Part shown: positions 14,858-24,274 of the stretch, one piece after another
Numbering within the stretch: position 1 is the first letter of the stretch
Layout: the number at the start of each line of letters is the position of its first letter
From: Candidatus Saccharimonas aalborgensis
Lineage (GTDB): Bacteria; Patescibacteriota; Saccharimonadia; Saccharimonadales; Saccharimonadaceae
DNA: 32,000 nt
Direction of reading: 5' to 3'
Assembly: GCF_000392435.1 (NCBI RefSeq)
Contig: NC_021219.1
Span: forward strand, 300,001-332,000
Notes under the pieces: generated by a model
Told to the model about the DNA's origin: nothing
Database searches by the model: none
Seen by the model: only the letters and a program-made list of their open reading frames with translations
Made by a program: the position numbers and the translations under genes

Positions 14858-15890
14858 AATCTCTCACCGCTGGTATTACGCCCTTATACGCCTGCTCGAA
14901 CTGTATGCTTTCTGCACTATACACCGCGTCATAAATACTCTCTTGCACGGCACGCGCTGCGGCGTGCCCAATGATATCGACTTGGGTATATAAACTGTCT
15001 TCCGTTTCTTGGAAGTATTGCAACTTGTCATTGAACGGATTTTTCAGCTCACCAGTACGAAATACAAAAACAGTGTCGCCGTCAGACGAAGTATGCACAG
15101 GATTTATCGCGCGAACTTGTCCATGCGAGGCAAGGTGCGCGACTTTTTCTAGATGCAATTTGCTGCCCAAATCAACGTTTATGCCAACAACAGATATTGT
15201 CGTGTTTGACCTGTCCTGCGTTACGAAATCTATCAACTCCTCATACGACTTAAACTTGGTGTTTTCATCTCTATTACCAGCAATAATTTCACCGTTAGGC
15301 GCAACTATGTTTCCTATTGCGTTCACAACTGACAGAGCAACGACAATTATGCCGTTACCCAAGTCTACACGAGCCGAGCCAACACCCGCTTTCATAGCAC
15401 CAGTTTTAGTGCCGCCCTCAACCCAACGGAACTTGCCGACAGATGTACCCGTACCAGCTCCGACATTACCACTTGTAATCGGTTTATTCGTTGCGTTTTC
15501 GTAGGCTTCGCGTCCATAGACGGGATCGTATGGCGCAATTTGCATACCTTGGTCATACACTACCGCGCCAGTAATGGACGGATTAAAGATTCGGTTATCG
15601 CTACCAGAACGTGAGCCCTTTTGGTCGCGGCACAAACATTCCATAATCTCACTTGCCGACATAAGTCCTGTATAGCTACCACCAGCGATGAAGATACCAT
15701 TTTCTCGGTAGCTCGTTTTATCTGCACGTATTGCTTCGGTATTGTACGCACCGACGCTTCCTCCACATGCTTTATACGCAACTTGGTAAGGTTTATCAAA
15801 AAGGATTACCGTACAACCCGTCAATTTGTCTAAGTGAGTAGCGTGTCCAACGCGAACACCGTTAAGAACAGTCAAAGTTTTGTTATCCAT
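14841..15890 (-). CDS. P1/S58 family peptidase (DmpA/BapA-like Ntn hydrolase)
   Basis: GVRVGHATH...TGCTVILF at the N-terminus and an autoprocessing-site-like RSNTTISVVGINVDL. Confidence 0.85.
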   Translation of the reverse strand: MDNKTLTVLNGVRVGHATHLDKLTGCTVILFDKPYQVAYKACGGSVGAYNTEAIRADKTSYRENGIFIAGGSYTGLMSASEIMECLCRDQKGSRSGSDNRIFNPSITGAVVYDQGMQIAPYDPVYGREAYENATNKPITSGNVGAGTGTSVGKFRWVEGGTKTGAMKAGVGSARVDLGNGIIVVALSVVNAIGNIVAPNGEIIAGNRDENTKFKSYEELIDFVTQDRSNTTISVVGINVDLGSKLHLEKVAHLASHGQVRAINPVHTSSDGDTVFVFRTGELKNPFNDKLQYFQETEDSLYTQVDIIGHAAARAVQESIYDAVYSAESIQFEQAYKGVIPAVRDYEGSN

Positions 15891-16029
15891 AACTAAATAA
15901 TAACAGATATCCCCTCTACTTTGGACTGCGTACAGCGGCCCCGCCCTCGCTAGATGGCTCAGTATTTTGTACTAAAAGGTTCTAGCGGAGTTGTAAAACT
16001 CTACCATGATTTTGTGATACACTATGCTT

Positions 16030-16623
16030 ATGGTTAGAAAAAAATCTCTTCATCCAAAGAAGCATGTCCAGACAACACCAACGCATTTTGTCTTGCGACG
16101 CAGCCTCTTGGTGTATGTCATATTGGTATTTGTACTGTTTTCGACACTTGCTATGAGCATTTATTTGATTGATCGTCTGGTTATTTCAAAACAACATACT
16201 GACCGCCTCAATCAAATCACTGCAATTTATGATAGTCTTGGCCTCGATAGCTCCTATCGAGCCGTCCGAAGCGACTTATTTGGCGATAAGCGTGTCTATA
16301 GCTGGGACAAGGGCAGGACATTCGCATCTACCATCGAATATGGACACAACGATACGCCGACAAATACGGCGAGTGATCTGAGAAAAAAGGTTGAAAATGC
16401 TGGCTTCACCTACATACAAACTGAGTATGAGGGTTCTATTAACCCCACCCAAGAATATAAAAATGCAAAAGGCAACTACCTACGCGTTAGCACGATGAGT
16501 GGTACCATTCACAATTCAATTGTCTACGGAGATGTTGACAGTAAAGCGCCGCTCATTCAGCATGCAAACGAAGCTCCTACCTACGTCACCATCAAAGTCA
16601 ATCTTGACGACAATAACGAGTAG
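16030..16623 (+). CDS. Hypothetical membrane-anchored protein
   Basis: Basic N-terminus, one TM helix (LLVYVILVFVLFSTLAMSIYLI), then a soluble domain with no recognised motif. TGaTACACT at 16015-16023 lies 6 nt upstream of the ATG at 16030; the ORF-track start is 16024. Confidence 0.6.
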   Translation: MVRKKSLHPKKHVQTTPTHFVLRRSLLVYVILVFVLFSTLAMSIYLIDRLVISKQHTDRLNQITAIYDSLGLDSSYRAVRSDLFGDKRVYSWDKGRTFASTIEYGHNDTPTNTASDLRKKVENAGFTYIQTEYEGSINPTQEYKNAKGNYLRVSTMSGTIHNSIVYGDVDSKAPLIQHANEAPTYVTIKVNLDDNNE

Positions 16624-16629
16624 TCACAC

Positions 16630-17472
16630 CTATTGTAGATTAGTACATTGCGAGGGTTGACCACTCGTATAGCCCTTTTTGAAGGCGTTGACGCGCTCTG
16701 TACTACTTCCGTGTGTCCACGTCTCGGGGTTGATTTGTACACCCTCCACTTTTTGAATATGGTCATCGCCAACTGCAGAAGCCGCGCTGATGGCCTGATC
16801 AATTTCTCCATTCTCAAAGATGCCATTTTTCGCTTGTGAATAGGCCCATATACCAGCATAACAATCGGCTTGTAATTCGACATCGATACTACCACTACGG
16901 GTCTTTGATGCCTTGGTGTTAAAGACGCCGAGTTGGCTTTGGACATTATGGCCAACCTCATGGGCGATCACATATGCCTGCGCCACGTCACCTGTATCGG
17001 CTCCAAACCGCGTGCGTAATTCATCAAAAAATGTCTCATCAAGATAGATTGTTTGATCTTGCGGACAAAAATGTGGCCCCATATCGGTTGTCGCTATTCC
17101 ACACCCAGACTGAGTCGCCTGGCGAAACAGCACTAGTCTCGGTTTTTTGTAGGTCGAATTATTTTGGGAGAATAGCCCACTCCACACATCATTTGTCGAA
17201 CCCAGCACCTTGCGCGTAAACACTTCGTAGCTATCGTTTCCTCTAAACTGCTCGGGTTGGGTTGTCTGCTTTGCTTGACCAGCTCTCATTGTTTGGACAG
17301 TGCCAATAGCAGATTCCACTGTCGACTGAGACACGTTAAGCCCCATATAGTTGAGACCAAGTGTGAGGAGTAGGGCGACGAGACCACCTCCACCGCCCAG
17401 CAACAAACCAGACGATACCCCCCTCCTATCCTCTACATCACCAGTGCTGACAATCTCATCCCATCGCGCCAT
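16630..17472 (-). CDS. Putative neutral zinc metallopeptidase (YpfJ family)
   Basis: N-terminal W..I...DVEDRRG, one TM helix, and HEVGHNVQ (HExxH). Confidence 0.85.
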   Translation of the reverse strand: MARWDEIVSTGDVEDRRGVSSGLLLGGGGGLVALLLTLGLNYMGLNVSQSTVESAIGTVQTMRAGQAKQTTQPEQFRGNDSYEVFTRKVLGSTNDVWSGLFSQNNSTYKKPRLVLFRQATQSGCGIATTDMGPHFCPQDQTIYLDETFFDELRTRFGADTGDVAQAYVIAHEVGHNVQSQLGVFNTKASKTRSGSIDVELQADCYAGIWAYSQAKNGIFENGEIDQAISAASAVGDDHIQKVEGVQINPETWTHGSSTERVNAFKKGYTSGQPSQCTNLQ

Positions 17473-17504
17473 AGTATAAATCTATCTCCTGCCTATTAGT
17501 AAGA

Positions 17505-19346
17505 TTATACCATCACCTTGGTATTTAGTGAGCCGGCACGTGCCCGTAGTGCATACAAGATGACAATTATATCGACGACTTCCTGAAGAGATGCTCCGAC
17601 GACAGCGGGTATCCTCCCAGTTGCCGCCAATAGCATCAAAAAGATGCTGAGGCCAATACCAATCAATACACTTCTCTTGGCAACTGATACGGTATGACGT
17701 GCAATTTTTATTGCGCTAACGAGACGCGATAATTGGTCGACCATGATGACGACATCGGCTGATTCACTCGCTGCAGTTGCCCCCCGTGCACCCATCGCGA
17801 TACCGACATCACTCGCCGCTAGTACCGGTGCATCATTGACGCCATCTCCTGTCATCATAATTGGCCGAGGCTCAAAATCTCTTACAGCGGCAACCTTATC
17901 CTTGGGTAGACAATCCGCTCGTACATCGGTCATCCCCAGTTCAGCTGCAATAGCATACGCCGTTTCTGGGTGATCTCCCGTCAACATTACCACGTGCTTA
18001 ACACCAAGCTGCCTTAATTGACGCAGCGTCTCGGCAGCATCCTGTCTCACTGTATCCTTATAGATAATCACTCCGAGGAGCTTATTGCTGCGAGCAACAT
18101 AGGTCGCCGTACCTGGATATTCTGGTAATGAACATGCCGGCACGCCATGCTCTACTAGGAAGTTACGCCTACCAACCACAATCTTTTGATGACCAATGGT
18201 GCACAAAATCCCGCCGCCACTCACCTCTGAGATACCAGTTGCTGGTCTAATTTCGACCAAACGACGTGTTGCTTCAATTTGTATGGCACGCGCCGTGACG
18301 TGGCCAGACTGTTGTTCAGCACTTGCCGCGATCGCCAGCACCTCCTCTTTGTTTGTTGTTTTCTGCGGAATGATTTCTACCAACTCTAGCTCACCTTTTG
18401 TCAATGTACCGGTTTTGTCAAATGCCGCAGATCGAACTGTACTCAGCCGCTCAATACTGCTACCATTCTTCATAATTATTCCTTGTTTGGCGGCCCTGCT
18501 CATGCCACTAATGAAGGCAACCGGTGCCGCAAGGAGCAGTGGACAGGGTGTCGCAACTACCAAAACTTCTGCAAAACGGCGAGCATCTCCCGATAGCATC
18601 CAAGCAATCAAGGCAATCCCAATAGCGGCAAAGGTGAAGGGAACGGCATACCTATCGGCGAGCCGTACAAAAGGAGCCTTTGATTCGCTGGCCGCTTGCA
18701 CTAGTGCTACGATCTGTGCATACTGACTATCGCTCGCACTCCGCTCGACCCTAATAGTGATGGGTGATTCGCCATTTACTGAACCGCTCAGCACGTTCTC
18801 TCCCTTTCCCATAGCAACAGGCTCACTTTCGCCAGTGATAGACGACTCATCAAGCATTGAGTTCCCCGATACAATAACTCCATCGACCGGTACAACCTCA
18901 CCTGGACGCACTACAATCGTATCATTGGGTTGGACAGTCGTGACTGCGACATCACCGGTTGAACCATCAACCATTTGTTTGTGCGCGACCGTAGGCGCTC
19001 GAGTAATCAATGCCGATAGTTCACTTCGAGCTCTGGCGTTCGCAAAGGACTCAAGCGCCTCTCCGCCGACCATCATAATAACAATAACGATAGTTGCCCA
19101 ATACTCACCGACTATAAGGGTACTCACGATCGCCATGACAGCAAGAATATCTACACCATAGCGACCTGCCATGATGTCTCTTATCATTCCCACGGCGAGA
19201 ACGAGCGCTACCCCTAGGCTATACCATGTAATTGCCGCTTCACCAAGCGCAGCACGGCCAGCTAGATGAAGAAATCCGGCCGCAACAAGCACGCTAAGTG
19301 CGGCAATCAGAGCTGCCTGACGTCGGAATTCTGTAAGCAGCGTCAT
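17505..19346 (-). CDS. Heavy-metal-translocating P1B-type ATPase lacking an N-terminal metal-binding domain
   Basis: DKTGTLT, MLTGDH and GDGVNDAP are present. The transmembrane metal motif is TPCP (ATPCPLLLAAP) and the last TM carries QEVVD. No CxxC HMA domain. 4-nt ATGA overlap with the upstream gene. Confidence 0.95.
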   Translation of the reverse strand: MTLLTEFRRQAALIAALSVLVAAGFLHLAGRAALGEAAITWYSLGVALVLAVGMIRDIMAGRYGVDILAVMAIVSTLIVGEYWATIVIVIMMVGGEALESFANARARSELSALITRAPTVAHKQMVDGSTGDVAVTTVQPNDTIVVRPGEVVPVDGVIVSGNSMLDESSITGESEPVAMGKGENVLSGSVNGESPITIRVERSASDSQYAQIVALVQAASESKAPFVRLADRYAVPFTFAAIGIALIAWMLSGDARRFAEVLVVATPCPLLLAAPVAFISGMSRAAKQGIIMKNGSSIERLSTVRSAAFDKTGTLTKGELELVEIIPQKTTNKEEVLAIAASAEQQSGHVTARAIQIEATRRLVEIRPATGISEVSGGGILCTIGHQKIVVGRRNFLVEHGVPACSLPEYPGTATYVARSNKLLGVIIYKDTVRQDAAETLRQLRQLGVKHVVMLTGDHPETAYAIAAELGMTDVRADCLPKDKVAAVRDFEPRPIMMTGDGVNDAPVLAASDVGIAMGARGATAASESADVVIMVDQLSRLVSAIKIARHTVSVAKRSVLIGIGLSIFLMLLAATGRIPAVVGASLQEVVDIIVILYALRARAGSLNTKVMV

Positions 19347-21865
19347 TCTTTCTCGCCTTGCGTTTCGGCTTGAGACTCTCCCCGCATCGCAATCACTTCG
19401 TTTTCTGACCGAAATACCTCTTCAACCTGACTGAGAGAGAGGCTAATGGTGCTCCCCGGTCCGACCAAACCACTCAACATTTGCTTGGCGACAGTACTCT
19501 CTACGGCCTTTTGAACAACTCGGCGCATCGGTCGGGCCCCAAGACGGGGATCGTATCCTTTTTCCACCAGAAATCGTTTTGCCTCATCACTCACTTCAAC
19601 GCTTATTTTTTGTAAGGCAAGTGTTTTATTTACGTTTGCGAGGATGAGGTCAAATACTTGGAGCAACTCGTCTTTTGTGAACGGTCGAAATACGACGATC
19701 TCATCGAAACGGTTGAGAAACTCAGGCCGGAATTGTCGCGTATTTATTAGCTCATCGATAAGTTGTTCTTCAAACTGCTCAAGTTGATAGCCACGCCCAA
19801 TATATTCCCTAATGCGCTCTGCTCCTGCGTTGCTAGTAGCAATGATGATGGCATCGCGGAAGCTCACCTCGCGATTCTTAATGTCACGGAGTATTCCTTC
19901 ATCAAGTAGCTGTAGTAATGTCGTGAGTACTTCGGGCGCAGCTTTTTCGATCTCGTCAAGTAAAACGACGCTAAATGGTTGTTTCATGACTTCTGCGGTG
20001 AGACTGCTCGGATCATCGGCGCCGTCGGCGATCAGTCGGCTAACGTCTTCGGCTCTGACATATTCATTGAGATCAATTCGAATCATCCGCTCCTCGCCAT
20101 TGAAATACACTGCCGCCAGGGCTTTGCTCAACTCAGTTTTACCAACTCCGGTTGGTCCCAAAAACAAGAATGTTCCGATGGGTCTATTTTGATTACGCAC
20201 ACCCGCTCTCGCCCGCCTCAGTGCATCACTTACTACAGAAACAGCACGTGATTGATTCACCATACGTTCATGGATGAGGGTCTCCATATGTAGCAATCGC
20301 TCTCGATCTTCCGTATCGCTTGCTACGCTTATCTTTACACCGATAGTTTTTTCGATGGCTTGCTGGACCGAGTTGATGGTTACGATACCTGATTCACTGT
20401 ATGCTGCAGCGGATTCGAGTAGCTTGAGAGCGCGACCAGGCATGGCGAGATCGTGTACATAGCGCTCGCTCAGTCGATATGCCTCTTTCAATGCCTGGTA
20501 CATATACGTGACATTACGCTGTATCTCCGTAAGTATTAGCTGCTCCTGCATAACGACAAGTGTTTCGTCCTCATCGGCAGGTTCAACGTTGATTCGATTG
20601 AGAGCATTGATAAGTGAGGGATTTCGCTGGCCTATCTTCAGGAATCGCTGCTCATCCATCGACAATATCACCCGCAGACGTCCTGCATCAAGGATCGGCA
20701 ACAAGACATTTGTAAGATCAACCGATCCCATGCCCTCCTCAAAAAATAACTGTGCGTTATCGAGGCAGACAATAATGTTTTTTGCGTTATAAGCCTCACC
20801 AAGAACACGCATGATAAGGCTTTCCAGCTCGCCCCTCCCCGGAGCTGCAGCTATCAACGAAGCCGAATCAAGGATAAATACCTGCCTAAACTTGAGGGTA
20901 TCTGGCAGTTTCGCCGACGCATCAAGCAGCCGCTCAGCAAAGGCATGAATGATCGTTGTTTTTCCTGCCCCGGCGACGCCGACAAGTGCTGCGTTTTGTC
21001 GACCCCCCGTGCCAAATGTTTCTATAAGCTGATCGATAGCCCGCGTATGAGAGTCGATGTCAACTGTCAATAGCCCGCTGCCGTTTCCTATTTGCTCACT
21101 GATATTCTGCCCAAACTTTGTAAGGAGTGGAATATAGCCAAACGTCCAGTCTCGCCCGATGCCGCCCGTTCGCCTTGCGCGTGAATGCTTCTGGACCAGT
21201 TTCCGCAAATGATCTTGCCAGCGTACGCCATCATCGAGATCCTCATCATCAAGATGAATCTGTGCAAGAATATCCTGGTACGCCGGGAACGATCTTATCA
21301 AGGCTACCGCAAGTACGCTGCCACTTAAATGATCAATGCTATTTTGTTTTCTTACTGACTCTGCTTGCTTCCAAAATTCAGCGGTATCCTTCTCTTCTTT
21401 TGAGGCAATCTGCTGAAGTAATCTTGGCGTCAGCCCAAGGCGTACCCCCATAAAGAGGCCGCTGTTGACTTGGCCCACCGCCGTCGCTATATCGAGAGGG
21501 GTGGGACGTTTTGGGAGACGACCCAAGATATCTGAGGAAAGCCAGGCTTCTACTCCCCCGTGGTGTGCTGAGGGAATATGACGGAGACCGTGAAGATACC
21601 ACCAAACTAGCATGGCTGGCACGGCTACTAAACCAATGCACGTCCATCCTAGTGGAGTCGCGAGAAATAGAAGTAATACACCGAGGGCAAAGAGGATAGT
21701 TCCGATGACTATAATAACGATAATGGGCGCGCCTTCAAGCCGCACTCTAAGACGAGCTTCAGCGGCACGCGAGTGATAATAATCAAACGTCAGGTCTTCC
21801 ATGGAATCCACCCTGCTAGTGTCATCACGAGCCCAACTGCTGGTAATAATGGGATGATCGACCAT
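19343..21865 (-). CDS. Membrane-anchored two-ring AAA+ ATPase of the Clp/Hsp100 family
   Basis: D1 Walker A GVAGAGKT. D2 Walker A GPTGVGKT with Walker B LLDEIEK. Sensor-2 region GARPMRR. The N-terminus has two hydrophobic helices (IIVIIVIGTILFALGVLLLFL; WTCIGLVAVPAMLVWWYL) followed by a Clp_N-like segment. Alternative start at the ATG at 21802. Confidence 0.9.
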   Translation of the reverse strand: MVDHPIITSSWARDDTSRVDSMEDLTFDYYHSRAAEARLRVRLEGAPIIVIIVIGTILFALGVLLLFLATPLGWTCIGLVAVPAMLVWWYLHGLRHIPSAHHGGVEAWLSSDILGRLPKRPTPLDIATAVGQVNSGLFMGVRLGLTPRLLQQIASKEEKDTAEFWKQAESVRKQNSIDHLSGSVLAVALIRSFPAYQDILAQIHLDDEDLDDGVRWQDHLRKLVQKHSRARRTGGIGRDWTFGYIPLLTKFGQNISEQIGNGSGLLTVDIDSHTRAIDQLIETFGTGGRQNAALVGVAGAGKTTIIHAFAERLLDASAKLPDTLKFRQVFILDSASLIAAAPGRGELESLIMRVLGEAYNAKNIIVCLDNAQLFFEEGMGSVDLTNVLLPILDAGRLRVILSMDEQRFLKIGQRNPSLINALNRINVEPADEDETLVVMQEQLILTEIQRNVTYMYQALKEAYRLSERYVHDLAMPGRALKLLESAAAYSESGIVTINSVQQAIEKTIGVKISVASDTEDRERLLHMETLIHERMVNQSRAVSVVSDALRRARAGVRNQNRPIGTFLFLGPTGVGKTELSKALAAVYFNGEERMIRIDLNEYVRAEDVSRLIADGADDPSSLTAEVMKQPFSVVLLDEIEKAAPEVLTTLLQLLDEGILRDIKNREVSFRDAIIIATSNAGAERIREYIGRGYQLEQFEEQLIDELINTRQFRPEFLNRFDEIVVFRPFTKDELLQVFDLILANVNKTLALQKISVEVSDEAKRFLVEKGYDPRLGARPMRRVVQKAVESTVAKQMLSGLVGPGSTISLSLSQVEEVFRSENEVIAMRGESQAETQGEKE

Positions 21866-22173
21866 ATCAACACTATTATCAACCCAGATAACGCCGCTAT
21901 CAGAAGTGCAATTGCGCCAACGACAATCATGACGAGACGTACAATGGCACCAATGATACGTGACAGGAGGCGATCAAACCAAGCACGAATTTGTACGCCG
22001 AGCGGACCGCGTATTGAGCCTGCTGAAATCTGCCGGAACGGCGAGAATAAGGTGCGAACCAAAAGATCAATCGAAAAATAATCATAGGTGCTGGCAATTC
22101 GTTCTCGCAACAAAAGAAGCTGCTGCTTCCACCCAGCCCCATACCACCATGTGAGAAAGCTCACCATAAGCAT
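21790..22173 (-). CDS. Small hypothetical integral membrane protein
   Basis: 127 aa with a C-terminal half of two or three TM helices. TACAAT (complement of 22180-22185) lies 6 nt upstream of the ATG. Its 3' end overlaps the start of the Clp-like gene. Confidence 0.6.
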   Translation of the reverse strand: MLMVSFLTWWYGAGWKQQLLLLRERIASTYDYFSIDLLVRTLFSPFRQISAGSIRGPLGVQIRAWFDRLLSRIIGAIVRLVMIVVGAIALLIAALSGLIIVLIWSIIPLLPAVGLVMTLAGWIPWKT

Positions 22174-22179
22174 ATCCTC

Positions 22180-22185
22180 ATTGTA
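22180..22185 (-). promoter_or_regulatory. -10 box TACAAT, 6 nt upstream of the ATG at 22173
   Basis: Complement of attgta at 22180-22185. Confidence 0.4.
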
Positions 22186-22206
22186 CCGTAATCTGGTAGC
22201 TTAGGC

Positions 22207-22212
22207 TATAAT
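22207..22212 (+). promoter_or_regulatory. -10 box TATAAT, 6 nt upstream of the murT ATG at 22219
   Basis: tataat at 22207-22212. No SD in between. Confidence 0.4.
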
Positions 22213-22218
22213 GAACCT

Positions 22219-23496
22219 ATGTCTACTCCACTTGTCACCTTCCTGGGAAAAGGAGTCCAGCGACTTGCTCGCCTTCGGGGGGGTGGTTCAGCGCTACCTG
22301 GACTTTTCATGGAAAAGATTGATCCGACGTTCATTCGCCGAACCCTCGCCCAACTACCGATGGGTGTTGTGCTCGTGAGCGGCACAAACGGAAAAACGAC
22401 AACGACAAAAATGGTGGTGGAGCTCCTCGAAAGTCAAGGTCTGCGCGTGTTTACCAACCGTACAGGCAGTAATTTCATGAGGGGCGTCGCAGCCGCTCTC
22501 CTGCCCGAAGTAGATCATCGAGGAAGATTATCCGCCGATATTGCCGTGCTAGAACTCGACGAAGCACACGCTGTTCGATTTGTTGACTCAATCGCACCAG
22601 AATACTGCCTGCTGTTGAATGTGATGCGAGACCAACTTGACCGTTTCGGCGAAATTGATAGCACCGCACAATTACTAAAGCAGATTGCTCAAAGAACGAC
22701 TCACGGTATTGTGCTCAACCGTGATGATCCTCGTCTCGCTAGTGAGACGTTCAGAAAAGACCTTGTCGTCCCCATCACAACCTATGGGGTAAGCCCGTCG
22801 CTGTCACACCTTTTTCCTTCTGATGATGCATTACGCCAAGATTCTACTCATGCTGGTTCCCATCTCCAGTTAGATGATACCTGTCTCTTGAAAGTCGACA
22901 AGCAAATAGCGACAATTGCCTATGCGAAACAAGAGCGGACAGTCACACTCAAACTAAAAGGAATCTACAACGTCCTGAACTCAGTTGCCGCTATCGCGCT
23001 TGTACGGAGCGTAATGGGTATATCGCTGAATGAAAAAGCGATGTTAAGCTCGTTGGAGCACGTCCTGCCAGCGTTTGGACGTGGCGAAAGTGTCTTTGTA
23101 GACGGAACAGAGTGCGAGTTGGTACTCGTAAAGAACCCCGGAGGGTTTCGGCTAAGCCTTTCGTCATTTGATCCAAATGGCTACAAGACTATGATCGCCG
23201 TAAACGATAATTACGCGGACGGACGCGATATGAGCTGGCTATGGGACGTTGACTTTGATAGCCTCAGGCAGCATGGAGTCGCGATGGTCAGTGGTATCCG
23301 CGCCTACGACATGGCGCTTCGGCTCCAATACGATGAGGTAGAGCCGTCGCGGGTTGAACCAAATCTTGCGCTCGCGCTCGACGCATTTCTCGCAAATCAC
23401 AAAACCTTACCAAAACGCATTTACTGCACCTATACAGCGATGCTCTCGCTCCGAAAAGAACTGGCAAAACATACTGCCGTGGAGAAGGTTCTATGA
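22219..23496 (+). CDS. murT: Lipid II isoglutaminyl synthase subunit MurT (Mur ligase family)
   Basis: RGGGSALPG, the ATP-binding motif VSGTNGKTTTTKM, a C-terminal DUF1727-like region, and 4-nt coupling to gatD. Confidence 0.9.
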   Translation: MSTPLVTFLGKGVQRLARLRGGGSALPGLFMEKIDPTFIRRTLAQLPMGVVLVSGTNGKTTTTKMVVELLESQGLRVFTNRTGSNFMRGVAAALLPEVDHRGRLSADIAVLELDEAHAVRFVDSIAPEYCLLLNVMRDQLDRFGEIDSTAQLLKQIAQRTTHGIVLNRDDPRLASETFRKDLVVPITTYGVSPSLSHLFPSDDALRQDSTHAGSHLQLDDTCLLKVDKQIATIAYAKQERTVTLKLKGIYNVLNSVAAIALVRSVMGISLNEKAMLSSLEHVLPAFGRGESVFVDGTECELVLVKNPGGFRLSLSSFDPNGYKTMIAVNDNYADGRDMSWLWDVDFDSLRQHGVAMVSGIRAYDMALRLQYDEVEPSRVEPNLALALDAFLANHKTLPKRIYCTYTAMLSLRKELAKHTAVEKVL

Positions 23497-24215
23497 GTAA
23501 AGGCACGCTTGTAATCGTCCAACTTTACCCAAAAAACATGAACATATACGGGGACTGGGGAAACACACTTACCCTTAAGCGTCGAATTGAATGGCATGGC
23601 TACGATGCTAAACTTGTCGCCTATAACCCCGGTGACACATTTCCCGAAGAAGTTGACGTCATCGTTGGTGGTGGTGGGCAAGATAGCGGACAAGCTGCAA
23701 TCGGCGATGATCTGAGATCAGTTGGGCCAGAGCTGATTCGGCTCGCAGATGATAACGTACCCATGCTTATGATATGCGGCCTCTACCAACTTTTTGGGCA
23801 TTTTTTCAAAACGCGTGAAGGAGTGATCATCAAGGGCATAGGACTACTCGATATCGAGACGGTAGGTGGAGACGAACGAATGATTGGTAATATCATCACT
23901 TCGAGTGACGAGTTTGGCGACATCGTTGGGTATGAAAACCATAGCGGAAAAACCACACTAGGTCCTTTGGCTCAACCGCTCGGTACTGTTCGTAAAGGTG
24001 CTGGCAACAACGGACAGGATGCACTTGAAGGTGCGCGCTATAAGAATGTTATCGGTACGTATTTACACGGTTCGCTGCTGCCAAAGAACCCCGCTGTCGC
24101 TGATTGGCTCATCGAGCAAGCTGCCTGCCGCAGGTTTGGCTTGTTTTCTCCATCTGTCATTGATGACCGTTTTGCATCTGAGGCACGACGCATTGCAATC
24201 AACCGCCCACGATAG
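23493..24215 (+). CDS. gatD: Lipid II isoglutaminyl synthase glutaminase subunit GatD (CobB/CobQ-like amidotransferase)
   Basis: LYPKNMNIYGDWGN, nucleophile context ICGLYQLFG, and YLHGSLLPKNP. Confidence 0.9.
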   Translation: MSKGTLVIVQLYPKNMNIYGDWGNTLTLKRRIEWHGYDAKLVAYNPGDTFPEEVDVIVGGGGQDSGQAAIGDDLRSVGPELIRLADDNVPMLMICGLYQLFGHFFKTREGVIIKGIGLLDIETVGGDERMIGNIITSSDEFGDIVGYENHSGKTTLGPLAQPLGTVRKGAGNNGQDALEGARYKNVIGTYLHGSLLPKNPAVADWLIEQAACRRFGLFSPSVIDDRFASEARRIAINRPR

Positions 24216-24274
24216 TGTTTGCTCCATTTTCAGCCAAATCTGTTTGGTTATAGCACCTTTGTTATAATGATGAG

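Noticed and set aside
17743-21699. Numerous 60-180-aa ORFs on the plus strand opposite the ATPase and Clp-like genes
   Set aside because: All are antisense to long, motif-rich conserved genes and show Ser/Ala/Arg-rich off-frame composition.
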